From NCBI GenBank assembly GCA_046732535.1, contig JBKPNH010000062.1, positions 972 to 64,971 of the forward strand: a stretch of 64,000 bases of DNA, given 5' to 3'. Origin of the DNA: Acidobacteriota bacterium (lineage in GTDB: Bacteria > Acidobacteriota > Blastocatellia > Pyrinomonadales > Pyrinomonadaceae). Below are positions 17,411-26,702 of the stretch, piece after piece. The translations under genes and the position numbers were made by a program. How positions within the stretch are numbered: the first letter of the stretch is position 1; each line of letters starts with the position of its first letter. A model generated the notes under the pieces. It was not told the DNA's origin. It did no database searches and saw nothing but the letters and a program-made list of their open reading frames with translations.

Positions 17411-17827
17411 ATGATACTTCTTCAGGAAGTTGCTACGACCACACAATCTGTCGGCAGCCCTGTTACAGCCTATTGGCCGGTAATGGTCTTTTTTGCCGTG
17501 GCCATTATCTTTCCCGTTTTGCCTCTTGTGCTGGGACGGTTTCTGCGGCCAATCAAGTATGAAAAAGCCAAGATGCGGCCTTACGAGTGCGGCATCGATC
17601 CGACAACTGAAGCGCACGAACGGTTCACCGTCCGCTACTACATCGTGGCGATGCTGTTTTTGATCTTCGACGTCGAAACGATCTTCCTGCTGCCGTGGGC
17701 AATCATCTTCATGGGCGACGACTTCTCGTTTACCAAGTTTGCGCTGATCGAGATGTTTGTCTTCATTGCGATCCTTATAGTTGGTTACTACTACGCCTGG
17801 CGCAAAGGCGCGCTCGAATGGGCGTGA
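17411..17827 (+). CDS. nuoA: NADH-quinone oxidoreductase subunit A
   Basis: YECGIDP...RFTVRYYIVAMLFLIFDVETIFLLPWA. Confidence 0.92.
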   Translation: MILLQEVATTTQSVGSPVTAYWPVMVFFAVAIIFPVLPLVLGRFLRPIKYEKAKMRPYECGIDPTTEAHERFTVRYYIVAMLFLIFDVETIFLLPWAIIFMGDDFSFTKFALIEMFVFIAILIVGYYYAWRKGALEWA

Positions 17828-17836
17828 AGGCATTGC

Positions 17837-17941
17837 CGATTGGCAATTGCCGATTGCCGATTTGGCTCTCCGCGTAGTAACACCACAGAACCAGGCGATC
17901 GCCGGCGGCAGCGGAAATCGGCAATCGGCAATCGCCAATTG
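17837..17941. repeat. 27-nt inverted repeat (25/27 complementary) built from GCCGATT heptads, with a 51-nt spacer, in the nuoA-nuoB gap
   Basis: The left arm cgattggcaattgccgattgccgattt (17837-17863) pairs with the right arm aaatcggcaatcggcaatcgccaattg (17915-17941). Confidence 0.8.
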
Positions 17942-17951
17942 AAAATGACAT

Positions 17952-18575
17952 ATGGCTGAACACGAAGAGGGATTTGTTTTAACCACCGTCGACTCGATCA
18001 TGAACTCGATTCGACGCAGTGTCGGCGCGAAGACGGTGGACATCGCGGCGCCCGTAGTCAACTGGGCGCGCAAGTCGGCGCTTTGGCCCATGACGTTCGG
18101 TCTCGCCTGTTGCGCGATCGAGATGATCGCGGCGGGCGCGGGCAGGTTCGACATCGATCGCTTCGGCGCAGGTGTATTTCGTCCGAGCCCGCGGCAGAGC
18201 GACCTGATCATCGTCGCCGGAACAGTGACGTTGAAGATGGGCCCGGTCGTACGACGTGTTTACGATCAGATGCCCGAGCCGAAGTGGGCCATCGCGATGG
18301 GCGCTTGCGCTTCCACGGGCGGACCTTTCGATTCTTACTCCACCATGCAAGGCGTCGATCGTTGTATTCCCGTCGACGTTTACATTCCTGGCTGTCCGCC
18401 GCGGCCTGAAGCCCTTCTTTACGGCTTAATGCGTTTGCAGGACATCATCATGCGGGAAGCCCCCTCGGCTTACATCTTTGACAGCGACGGCGCCGTACAC
18501 CGGCAGCGCACTTTCGATGATGAACCCTTGCCCAGCGGCGGCGCCGAAACAGACCGTGCAGCCTTGCCCCTCTGA
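17952..18575 (+). CDS. nuoB: NADH-quinone oxidoreductase subunit B
   Basis: [14 protein letters not shown]...[10 protein letters not shown]...IPGCPPRPE (N2 cluster cysteines). Confidence 0.95.
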   Translation: MAEHEEGFVLTTVDSIMNSIRRSVGAKTVDIAAPVVNWARKSALWPMTFGLACCAIEMIAAGAGRFDIDRFGAGVFRPSPRQSDLIIVAGTVTLKMGPVVRRVYDQMPEPKWAIAMGACASTGGPFDSYSTMQGVDRCIPVDVYIPGCPPRPEALLYGLMRLQDIIMREAPSAYIFDSDGAVHRQRTFDDEPLPSGGAETDRAALPL

Positions 18576-18629
18576 GCCCCAAGCCTCTGCGCGCGAGAGC
18601 GCGGTTCAATTAGTATGAGGAGCACAATC

Positions 18630-19256
18630 ATGAAAAAACAGCAGGCCATTATCGTGGCCGTTTTGACAATCCTTGCGCTTGTCAGTCTATCGCCTGTGAC
18701 AAGCGCGCAAACCAAGAAAAAGACCACTACAAAACGGGTCGTGCCATTGGTCCCGGTTGGCACCGATCTGAAGGTCCGGATCAACGATACCCTATCGAGC
18801 AAAGAATCGCGTGTTGGCGATCGATTCACGGCCACCGTCATCGATCCCAGCCGGTTTGACGAGGCTCGCCTTACCGGACACATCAGCTCGCTGCAGAAGT
18901 CGGGAAAGGTAAAAGGTCGAACGAGCATGAACCTCGCTTTCGACTCCATTGAATTGCGCGATGGCCGCAGAGGCACGTTGCACGGATACGTAACGCGCGT
19001 TTATGGAGACGATGCGGGGAAGGCGGATAACGAAGGCGGCATCGAATCGGGCAGCCGGACCAAGCAGACCGTCAAACGCACGGGTATCGGCGCGGGCGTT
19101 GGCGCGATCATCGGAGGCATCGCCGGCGGCGGCAAAGGCGCGGCGATTGGTATGATCGTGGGTGGCGCCGGCGGCGCTGGATCGCTGGCCGTGAAGGGGA
19201 GCAAGGAGTTGAAGATCGAGTCGGGGACGGAAATGCTGGTCCACGTCACGCGTTAA
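18630..19256 (+). CDS. Secreted glycine-zipper protein
   Basis: ATG at 18630 has GAGGAG 7 nt upstream. Signal peptide MKKQQAIIVAVLTILALVSLSPVTSAQ. C-terminal GAGVGAIIGGIAGGGKGAAIGMIVGGAGGAGS. Confidence 0.7.
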   Translation: MKKQQAIIVAVLTILALVSLSPVTSAQTKKKTTTKRVVPLVPVGTDLKVRINDTLSSKESRVGDRFTATVIDPSRFDEARLTGHISSLQKSGKVKGRTSMNLAFDSIELRDGRRGTLHGYVTRVYGDDAGKADNEGGIESGSRTKQTVKRTGIGAGVGAIIGGIAGGGKGAAIGMIVGGAGGAGSLAVKGSKELKIESGTEMLVHVTR

Positions 19257-19280
19257 CATAGATCCTCGGGACTTAAACGA

Positions 19281-19318
19281 GCCGCGGGTTACTTTTGCGT
19301 AATCCGCGGCGTTTTTTT
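19281..19318 (+). terminator. Rho-independent terminator after the glycine-zipper gene
   Basis: gccgcgggttac pairs with gtaatccgcggc (12-bp stem, one mismatch, 6-nt loop), followed by gTTTTTTT. Confidence 0.75.
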
Positions 19319-19319
19319 G

Positions 19320-19348
19320 GGAAGAATTCCGAGGTGAGCGGCGTCTAA
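19320..19348 (+). promoter_or_regulatory. ECF-type promoter candidate GGAAGAA-N17-TCTAA
   Basis: Resembles the RpoE-type GGAAC...TCTAA architecture and lies just upstream of the ECF sigma gene. Confidence 0.3.
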
Positions 19349-19380
19349 ATGTGTTAAGTGCGTGATTAGCGGGGGACTGA

Positions 19381-19980
19381 ATGGAGCGGCGCGCGGCAAT
19401 GGCTGAGCAGCTTATCAATGGACAGGTTATCGAAGCCTGCCAGCAGGGCGACCGCGAGGCCTTTCACTCCCTCTTCGAAGCTTACAAAGACAAGGTCTTC
19501 TCCATTGCTGTCTACTCTTCCGGCGGTGATCGGACCGTCGCGGAAGACGTCACACAGCAGATCTTTCTCAAGTTGTTCACTGCCATTCGCCAGTTTCGAG
19601 GGGAGTCGGAGTTTACAACCTGGCTTTACCGGCTGGTCGTCAACGCCTGTCTCGACGAGCGTCGCCGACGCCGAAGATGGTTACCCTGGGAATCGACGCA
19701 AACGACGGTGGCGATGAGTAACGTAAGCGACAAAAAACCGCAGGAACGGCAGTATGCCCGGCTCGAGATCTCGGAAGCTGTGCGAAGGGCGATCGCCGAA
19801 TTAAAGCCGAAGTTTCGACTGCCGATCTTGTTGAAGTACATCGAAGGTTTGTCGTACGAGGAGATTGCCGAGGTGATGGGTTGTTCGAAGGGAACCGTGG
19901 CGTCGCGGCTCAACCGCGGTCACAGCCAGTTGGCGAAGCGGTTGTCACACTTAAATAATCCCGCGTTATGGGGTGAGTAG
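19381..19980 (+). CDS. ECF (sigma-70 family) RNA polymerase sigma factor
   Basis: Region 2 (FHSLFEAYKDKVFSIA...DVTQQIFLK...FTTWLYRLVVNACLD) and region 4 (LKYIEGLSYEEIAEVMGCSKGTVASRLNRG). Confidence 0.85.
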   Translation: MERRAAMAEQLINGQVIEACQQGDREAFHSLFEAYKDKVFSIAVYSSGGDRTVAEDVTQQIFLKLFTAIRQFRGESEFTTWLYRLVVNACLDERRRRRRWLPWESTQTTVAMSNVSDKKPQERQYARLEISEAVRRAIAELKPKFRLPILLKYIEGLSYEEIAEVMGCSKGTVASRLNRGHSQLAKRLSHLNNPALWGE

Positions 19981-21153
19981 ATGTTTTCGAAACACGTAAC
20001 AAAAGATATTTCAGCTTACTGTAATGGAGAGCTTTCGAGTGAGGAGTCGAAGCTGTTTGCCGAACACATTATTTCGTGCGTGAAGTGTCGAACAAAGTTT
20101 GAAGAGATAAAGCTTGGTATCAAATTGGCTGAACAACTTCCGCGGCTGAGCGCGCCGGATTCGTTATGGCAGGAAGTTGATTCGTTGCTCGGCAAAGAAA
20201 CCACGGTGATTAGGACCACGTCGTGGCGCAAGCGAATGGCGATTGCGGCGGCGGTGATTATCGTATTCAGTGTCGGAATCGTTTGGGTTTATAACAGCCG
20301 CAAGTCGGAGCCGGAGAAAGGGTGGCAAGTCACTCGTCTCGGCGGCGCTCCGCGAATCGGATCGGAAGCAATTTCGTCCCACGGGTCTCTTGGAAAAGGT
20401 GAATGGTTGGAGACAGATGAAAACTCGCGAGCACAGATCGCAGTCGGATCGATCGGCAATGTTGAAATCGATGAAAACACGCGCGTCCGGCTGGTCGAGA
20501 CGCAGCCGACGGAGCACCGGCTCGAGCTGGCGCGAGGAAAGATGAGTGCGCGGATATGGGCGCCGCCGCGATTGTTCTTTGTCGACACGCCTTCCGCCGT
20601 TGCTGCCGACCTTGGTTGTGCGTACACGCTTGAGGTTAACGATAAAGGTGCGGGCCGGTTAAGCGTGACTTCGGGTTGGGTGGCCTTGCAAGCAAAAGAG
20701 CGCGAGTCTATAGTTCCGGCCGGCGCATCGTGTGAGACGGAGTTGGGCCTTGGGCCAGGCACGCCGTACTTTGACGATTCGACGCCACAGTTTCGGAATG
20801 CACTCCGGGATTTCGATAAGAACTCAGGCAGCCGAACAGACTCACTGACCTCGATGCTCGGCGAGTCGCGCCCCAAAGACACGCTGACCTTGTGGCACTT
20901 GTTACCGCGTGTTAATGAAGCGGATCGCACGCGCGTTTACCAAAAAATAGCTGATCTTGTTCCGCCGCCGGTGGGAGTGACGCGTGAAGGCGTCTTGAAG
21001 TTGGACCAGAAGATGCTGGAGCAGTGGCGGCACTCGCTCGAAGTCATTTGGGGAACCGGCGGGAAGGGAATGCCGAAAAATGCGGCAGAGTGGAAGTCGT
21101 TCAAGAAGGGCGACGATCCGAAGTTCAGCAAAGAAGCGGCGGGCAAGAAGTAA
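19981..21153 (+). CDS. Anti-sigma factor (zf-HC2 N-terminus, one TM, FecR-like periplasmic domain)
   Basis: HIISCVKCRTKFEE zinc-finger motif, TM helix MAIAAAVIIVFSVGIVWV, and a start immediately after the sigma gene stop. Confidence 0.75.
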   Translation: MFSKHVTKDISAYCNGELSSEESKLFAEHIISCVKCRTKFEEIKLGIKLAEQLPRLSAPDSLWQEVDSLLGKETTVIRTTSWRKRMAIAAAVIIVFSVGIVWVYNSRKSEPEKGWQVTRLGGAPRIGSEAISSHGSLGKGEWLETDENSRAQIAVGSIGNVEIDENTRVRLVETQPTEHRLELARGKMSARIWAPPRLFFVDTPSAVAADLGCAYTLEVNDKGAGRLSVTSGWVALQAKERESIVPAGASCETELGLGPGTPYFDDSTPQFRNALRDFDKNSGSRTDSLTSMLGESRPKDTLTLWHLLPRVNEADRTRVYQKIADLVPPPVGVTREGVLKLDQKMLEQWRHSLEVIWGTGGKGMPKNAAEWKSFKKGDDPKFSKEAAGKK

Positions 21154-21164
21154 CTCACATTCTT

Positions 21165-21638
21165 ATGAAAGCCAGACTTCTCAAAGTTGTTAAGTGGTTG
21201 CTGATCGTACTGGTGTGTTTGTTTGTGATCGCGCAATTCAGGAGGCCGGCGAAGACGAACCCGGCGGTTGATCAGGCAGTTGCGCTTGAATCGCATATGC
21301 AGCTCGAGCCGCAGGTTGCCGCGGTTCTCGATCGTTCCTGCATCGACTGCCATTCGAATAAAACGCGCTGGCCGTGGTATGCGAACGTCGCGCCCGTGTC
21401 GTGGTTCGTCATCGGCCATGTCGATCACGGCCGCGACCATATGAACCTATCCGAGTGGGGTAAATATAGTCCGAGCGAGCGAAAAGCGCTGCTTGGTCAG
21501 TTTTGCGAGTTGGTGACGGAAGGCTGGATGCCGCTCAGTTCCTACACGCCGTTGCATCCCGGCTCGAAGCTAAGCGATGCTGATAAGAAGCTCATCTGCG
21601 ATTGGGCCGCCGCTGAAGCCAATAAGATTGGCAGATAA
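21165..21638 (+). CDS. Haem-binding-domain protein (CxxCH)
   Basis: ATG at 21165 and an N-terminal TM helix. CIDCHSNKTRWPWYANVAPVSWFVIGHVDHGRDHMNLSEW resembles the Haem_bd family. Confidence 0.75.
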   Translation: MKARLLKVVKWLLIVLVCLFVIAQFRRPAKTNPAVDQAVALESHMQLEPQVAAVLDRSCIDCHSNKTRWPWYANVAPVSWFVIGHVDHGRDHMNLSEWGKYSPSERKALLGQFCELVTEGWMPLSSYTPLHPGSKLSDADKKLICDWAAAEANKIGR

Positions 21639-21676
21639 GAATCAGGTAATTTGGTTCAAGATCGGCAGGGCGTAAC

Positions 21677-22717
21677 CTATGAGCGCTGTCTATTTTGCGT
21701 TCGTAATGGCGCTCTGTTGGATGTTTGTTTTTGCTTTTCGTACCAGGCAACCCGCTCAGCTAAAGTTGTACGTTTTATACCTAACGCTACCGCCGTTGAT
21801 GTTAGATGTGCTCGATGTCTCGCAAGAGCTTTCTTTATATACATCTTTTCGAAACTGGAAATCGCTTCGTCGAGCAGAATGTGACCCTCAAGCATCTCGT
21901 CTATTAATTGCGCAAGCCGACCATCAAATGAGCGTTTAGTCTTAGACCGACGCCTCGCTTTCGCATCATTTTCATTTCGTTCCCCGGCCCGCGCGTTTTC
22001 AGACTGTTCCGCATTTAAAGCCATCCCGTGCTTGATATACAGAGATATCCATTTTCTGAGCACCAGAACAAGATTCGGTAAATGCCGAATTGACTCGATC
22101 GCTCCCGACTCAAATGCTCGAAGTGTCTTTTGATCCTGGCAATGGACAAGCGCGCGGAAGAATCCCGTTCTGACCGCGGCTCTCCTGAATTCGTCGCGAT
22201 TTTCATGCCCTGCGAACAGCTTCGCGGGAACTAAGTTCCAGCATCGTGCAACGGTCGATATCAGTGGCTGATGATCCTTGAGCCGCTGAAGAAATCGCTT
22301 GAGACCCAGAGACCTTTCGTCACAAAGTTTTAATGCTCCATCTAAGTCTCCGTCCTCTGGTACTGAATGCGAATACAAGATATTCGCCAAATACAAATGA
22401 ACGGAATCATCCTTCAGGAGTTGAGCGAGTTGTTGCAGGGCCTGCTTACGAGTTTTGTCAGTAAGCTCCAAGTCTAGTGATATCAATACAAGGTCAAGCG
22501 CGAGTGTAAGGTTGGAGTCTGCTTTCAGTTCATGCTCAATGGTTTCTTTAGTCGCGTTTTGAATAACTCTAAGATCGCTAGCATCGCCGAAAATAAACTG
22601 AAGGTCCGTTCGGCTTCTCGGAACGATAGTGGATGGGTTGTCCACATCGAACGACTTCAAGGAATCACCGTCGATTAATAATGCCCGTCGTGAACGTCCA
22701 GATATCAATGCGTTCAT
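21677..22717 (-). CDS. Unknown helical protein with a C-terminal Fis-type (HTH_8) DNA-binding domain and no AAA+ module
   Basis: C-terminus FEKMYIKKALARHRAHLTSTAVALGIKRTTLAERV. No Walker A or GAFTGA motif. AT-rich (lines 21721, 22021 and 22381 give 24-26/60 GC). Its start overlaps the upstream stop (TGATG). Confidence 0.6.
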   Translation of the reverse strand: MNALISGRSRRALLIDGDSLKSFDVDNPSTIVPRSRTDLQFIFGDASDLRVIQNATKETIEHELKADSNLTLALDLVLISLDLELTDKTRKQALQQLAQLLKDDSVHLYLANILYSHSVPEDGDLDGALKLCDERSLGLKRFLQRLKDHQPLISTVARCWNLVPAKLFAGHENRDEFRRAAVRTGFFRALVHCQDQKTLRAFESGAIESIRHLPNLVLVLRKWISLYIKHGMALNAEQSENARAGERNENDAKARRRSKTKRSFDGRLAQLIDEMLEGHILLDEAISSFEKMYIKKALARHRAHLTSTAVALGIKRTTLAERVAWYEKQKQTSNRAPLRTQNRQRS

Positions 22718-23568
22718 CAGCTTATTGTTACGCCATGCTTCCTGAGTTTCGATTTAAGTGCCTTGACTATCGTTGCCTTCGCGCGTGCTTTAGGTCCCGT
22801 TACAGTTACCTTCTCCATTGTAAGGACCGAAATCGGGCCCCAAATATGGACCTCCACGAACGCATCGTTCGCGGATGTTACACCTGACCTTAAAAGGAGG
22901 CCTGAGTATTGATTAGGACCTGTTGTAGAGTCAATGTCTGCGGCGAGTTTGGCTACGCAGAGCTTACCCCTGTCAGGCCAAGGTGCCCTAAATCCTTTTG
23001 GCAGATCGGGTTTACCAGCCAAAATCCCATTACGTTTCATGAACAAAACTGAATTCTCTTCGAAAACAGACGCGCGATGCGAAATCATTTCGTTGCGGAG
23101 AGTAATAGAACATGAGCCGTAATTCACTAGTCCTAGGCCATCGAGCGATAGCGCTGCAAAACGTATGTCCTGCTTGTATTTTGGAAAAAGCATCGTATCC
23201 GCAATCTCGCGCACTACGTCCCATTCATCACCGTCAGGCAATCTGACGCCCGCGTCGAGCTGCTGATAGTAGGTTGAGTAAAGTTGTCGCGTACTAGTGG
23301 CAAGTCTAAGAACCTCGCTCTCCGATCGGGCAATAACGGCAGTTGTATTGTTGATTGCGGCTTCGAAGTCTTGGACTGCAACATCCGCTTGCCGTGACAA
23401 AGCATCGGCCTTGGCCAGATCATAACGACTCTGCAAACCTGCTCGTTCGGCTGGATCCTCCGCAGCCAAAACATTCCAGAAGATGCCGGGTTCAGCACAA
23501 TGCGGACAGCGCTCGGCCGAGTGTGGAATATCATTCTTACAACGGGAACAGGTAATAGAGACCGACAT
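22717..23568 (-). CDS. Unknown protein with an N-terminal zinc ribbon
   Basis: CSRCKNDIPHSAERCPHCAEPG, then about 250 aa with no recognised domain. Starts 9 nt after the histidine phosphatase stop. Confidence 0.6.
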   Translation of the reverse strand: MSVSITCSRCKNDIPHSAERCPHCAEPGIFWNVLAAEDPAERAGLQSRYDLAKADALSRQADVAVQDFEAAINNTTAVIARSESEVLRLATSTRQLYSTYYQQLDAGVRLPDGDEWDVVREIADTMLFPKYKQDIRFAALSLDGLGLVNYGSCSITLRNEMISHRASVFEENSVLFMKRNGILAGKPDLPKGFRAPWPDRGKLCVAKLAADIDSTTGPNQYSGLLLRSGVTSANDAFVEVHIWGPISVLTMEKVTVTGPKARAKATIVKALKSKLRKHGVTIS

Positions 23569-23577
23569 CGTGAGAAA

Positions 23578-24210
23578 TTACACCTCAGTGAGATGACGTG
23601 TATCGTTGATAGTGAGCACTCGAACGAAACCATCCCGTCGAAGCTCAAACCGACTAATACCACAGTTGGCGCTGGAGATCCACACGGGCTTCAGTTCCGG
23701 CGCGTCGAGCGCGCCCATGAGGTGCAGGGCCATGATGCAGATCGTTCCGGTGTGACTGAAGATGGCGATGCGTCCGCCTTGATGTTGGTCGATGATCTCG
23801 TCGAGCTTGTTTCGTACGCGATCGAGTAGTTGGCGATAACTCTCGCCGCCGCTTAGCACGTGTTCGAAGTCTCGTCTGAGCAGCGCGGCGTACTCCTCTG
23901 GATGACGCTGTGCTGCGTCTTCGAACGTCAGTCCCTCCATCACGCCGACGCTGCGCTCGCGAAACGCTTCCGTCGCATTGATTGGTAGACCGATCAACGT
24001 CGCCAACGGCCGCGCCGTCTCAAGAGCGCGCGCGAGATCGCTCGAATAGATAGCAGTTATTGAGTCATCTTTAAGGGCCTGCGCCGTAGCCTGTGCCTGC
24101 TTACGCCCGCGCGGCGACAGCGGCGTCGCCGTGTGCCCGCCGAACCTCCGTTCAGCGTTTCCCTCCGATTGCCCGTGGCGTATCAGCAGTACGTGCGTAG
24201 CTTGCGACAT
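23578..24210 (-). CDS. Histidine phosphatase family protein (phosphoglycerate mutase-like)
   Basis: LLIRHGQSEGN catalytic RHG motif and a later ...FSHTG. Confidence 0.8.
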   Translation of the reverse strand: MSQATHVLLIRHGQSEGNAERRFGGHTATPLSPRGRKQAQATAQALKDDSITAIYSSDLARALETARPLATLIGLPINATEAFRERSVGVMEGLTFEDAAQRHPEEYAALLRRDFEHVLSGGESYRQLLDRVRNKLDEIIDQHQGGRIAIFSHTGTICIMALHLMGALDAPELKPVWISSANCGISRFELRRDGFVRVLTINDTRHLTEV

Positions 24211-24235
24211 CCGAACGACACATGAAGCATGAGAT

Positions 24236-25333
24236 TTACGCCACTACCGGATCCTCAGCGGTTGTGGTCGCGTCGGCTTTTAGTTTTTCGGCCTGGTAGT
24301 GGGCGACGAGAGCGTCGATGAAGGGGTCGAGGTAGCCTTCCATGACGAGATCGAGTTGGTGGATTGTCAGACCGATGCGGTGATCGCTGACGCGATTCTC
24401 TTTGAAGTTGTAGGTGCGGATCTTTTCTGAACGATCCCCTGAGCCGACCATCGAACGGCGCTCACTCGCTAAAGCCTCGTGCTGTTTCTGCTCTTCGAGC
24501 TCCTGAAGCCGGGCACGCAGCACGCGCATCGCCTTTTCACGGTTCTTGATCTGCGACTTCTCGTCCTGCATGGAGACGACGACGCCGGTTGGCAAGTGCG
24601 TCAGACGAACCGCGGAATACGTCGTGTTAACTGACTGTCCGCCAGGTCCCGACGAACAGAACGTATCGATACGCAGGTCCTTCGGATCGATCTTCACGTC
24701 CACCTCTTCAGCTTCCGGAAGCACCGCGACCGTGATCGCCGAAGTATGTATCCGCCCGCTGGCTTCGGTCTGCGGGACGCGCTGCACGCGATGCACGCCC
24801 GATTCGTGTTTCAAACGCGAGTAGACTTTGTCGCCTTCGATCAACACAATCGCTTCCTTGAGCCCGCCAATGCCTGACTCAGAAGCCTCGAGCACTTCAA
24901 ACTTCCAGCGCTGCTTCTCGGCATACCGCGAGTACATGCGGACCATCTCTGCGGCAAACAACGTCGCCTCGTCACCACCGGTCCCCGCGCGGATCTCGAG
25001 AATCACGTTCTTCTCGTCGTTCGGATCGGTGGGGATCAGCATGAGCTTGAGCTCGCGGTCGGCTTCGTCCAGTCTGGTTTGCAGCGATTCGAGCTCGAGC
25101 CGCGCCATCTCGCGCATCTCGTCGTCGTCAGACGTGTCGAACAACTCGCGCGCGCCGTCCAGCTCCGCTTTCAAACTCTTCCACGCCTGATACTTTTGCA
25201 CCACTTCGCCGAGCGAGCGATGTTGCTTCGCCGCTTTGCCGTAAGCAGACGGATTCGAGAGCAACTCAGGCGACGAGAGTTGCTGCGTCAACTCAGAGTA
25301 ACGATTTTCTATTTGTTCGAGCTTATCTAACAT
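24236..25333 (-). CDS. prfA: Peptide chain release factor 1
   Basis: PQTEA(S)GRIHTS (PxT-type recognition motif) and [11 protein letters not shown] (GGQ). Confidence 0.95.
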   Translation of the reverse strand: MLDKLEQIENRYSELTQQLSSPELLSNPSAYGKAAKQHRSLGEVVQKYQAWKSLKAELDGARELFDTSDDDEMREMARLELESLQTRLDEADRELKLMLIPTDPNDEKNVILEIRAGTGGDEATLFAAEMVRMYSRYAEKQRWKFEVLEASESGIGGLKEAIVLIEGDKVYSRLKHESGVHRVQRVPQTEASGRIHTSAITVAVLPEAEEVDVKIDPKDLRIDTFCSSGPGGQSVNTTYSAVRLTHLPTGVVVSMQDEKSQIKNREKAMRVLRARLQELEEQKQHEALASERRSMVGSGDRSEKIRTYNFKENRVSDHRIGLTIHQLDLVMEGYLDPFIDALVAHYQAEKLKADATTTAEDPVVA

Positions 25334-25342
25334 AGCCAGACC

Positions 25343-26536
25343 TCACGATAGCGGCGCCGGTTGCGGCTCTCCAGTTCGCGGCTCGAATTTTAACGACTCC
25401 TTCAACGCTTCAATCGCAACTTCGAGTTGCTGATCGTCCGGCTCCTGTGTAGTGATGTTTTGCAGCCACACGCCGGGCTTGGTCATCAACTTGAAGAACC
25501 AACTGCTCTCTTTTTTCGCCGACAAGCGAATGATCTCGTACGAGACACCGGCAACGACCGGCATCAGCGCCAGGCGAATCAGGAAGTTGAACAACAACGA
25601 GTCAAACTTGATTACTGAAAACAGCACGATCGCCACCAGCATCACCACCATTAAAAAACTGGTGCCGCAACGCGGATGCTGACGCGGTTGCGGGCGCGCG
25701 TTGTCGACCGTGAGCGGCAAACCCGCTTCCCATGTGAAGACCGTCTTGTGTTCCGCGCCGTGATACTGAAAGACGCGGCGAATGTCCTTCAGCAGCGAGA
25801 AACTGAAGATCATGATCAGAAAGAACGTCATGCGGATCAGTCCGTCGATCAGGTTGAAACCGACCGAAGGCCGCACCGGATGGAGATACGCCCGAACGCT
25901 CGTCCATGCGCGCGTATACCAGGATTCAGTCGTGGGAGAACTCGCCGGTTCGCTTGAAGACGCAGACGACGTCGATGCGGGCGCAGCGCTCGTAACGGAC
26001 GCAGGCGTCGTGGCCCAGCCAGCCGCAATGAAGAGCGCGTTCGTCAGCAACAAAGGCGCGGCGACGAACAGTAGCACGTTGAAGATCAACGCAAAGATTA
26101 TCGAACCAGCCGCCGCGGCCGTTGTGCCTTTCTTGAGCTCGTCTTTCGATCGTTCCTGCGTCGGCACGGGAAACAGGCCGGGCACGGCGCCGGTCAATCC
26201 GGCGAAGTCGCCTTCGCCTTCAATGACGGCTGGCGAGAGCGCAACCTTCACTTCCTTTGCCTCGGCTTCCTCTGCTTCAGCGAACGCGACGTTGGCCGAG
26301 TAGTTCAGCGCCTTGATTCCGAGGCCCATCGACTGAATCAGAACAGCGCCGCCACGCAGCACGGGCAGTTTCAGCAGCGGATACTTGTCGCTCCACTTGG
26401 GCAAGGGCGCCGCGGTGTTCACAATCGAACCGTCCGCCATGCGCACGGCGATGGCGTAGGCGTTTGGAGTTCGCATCATCACGCCTTCGATCACGGCCTG
26501 GCCGCCGACAATCAGATCTCGTTCCGGTGTGCTCAT
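25343..26536 (-). CDS. DUF1385 (YqhQ-like) membrane protein
   Basis: [13 protein letters not shown]...YHGAEHK, with multiple TM helices. It carries a Ser/Thr/Ala/Pro-rich insertion. ATG at 26536 is preferred over GTG at 26554. Confidence 0.8.
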   Translation of the reverse strand: MSTPERDLIVGGQAVIEGVMMRTPNAYAIAVRMADGSIVNTAAPLPKWSDKYPLLKLPVLRGGAVLIQSMGLGIKALNYSANVAFAEAEEAEAKEVKVALSPAVIEGEGDFAGLTGAVPGLFPVPTQERSKDELKKGTTAAAAGSIIFALIFNVLLFVAAPLLLTNALFIAAGWATTPASVTSAAPASTSSASSSEPASSPTTESWYTRAWTSVRAYLHPVRPSVGFNLIDGLIRMTFFLIMIFSFSLLKDIRRVFQYHGAEHKTVFTWEAGLPLTVDNARPQPRQHPRCGTSFLMVVMLVAIVLFSVIKFDSLLFNFLIRLALMPVVAGVSYEIIRLSAKKESSWFFKLMTKPGVWLQNITTQEPDDQQLEVAIEALKESLKFEPRTGEPQPAPLS

Positions 26537-26702
26537 AATGATCTCAGAAAACACTAACGCCGGCGGTTGCTGGGAGTCGCTTCCTCGTGGATGAACGAAA
26601 AGCGACCGACCAAGTACGCCGGCGATTAAGAGTGGCTATTGCTAATGCTGGTTTCGTAAAACCATTGCGAGAAAGTTACTGCGCGCTTGCAGTGGCTTCC
26701 GA

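Noticed and set aside
17894-17903. HIP1-like palindrome GGCGATCGCC; GCGATCGC also seen by eye near 5752, 10847, 19793, 32536, 35034, 36476 and 57085
   Set aside because: Most copies lie within coding regions, where GCG-ATC-GCx (Ala-Ile-Ala) codon strings are common in membrane proteins. I cannot establish enrichment without a computed k-mer background. An observed/expected octamer analysis on the genome would settle it.
17829-17941. Could the GCCGATT-type repeats be a CRISPR array or a coding repeat?
   Set aside because: There are only two inverted arms with internal heptads. There are no regularly spaced direct repeats with unique spacers and no cas genes. The arms lie between two operon genes, so I called it an inverted repeat or RNA hairpin.
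17399-18211. 270-aa minus-strand ORF spanning nuoA, the inverted repeat and the start of nuoB
   Set aside because: It is antisense to two clear nuo genes. Its apparent length is helped by the repeat region lacking stops.
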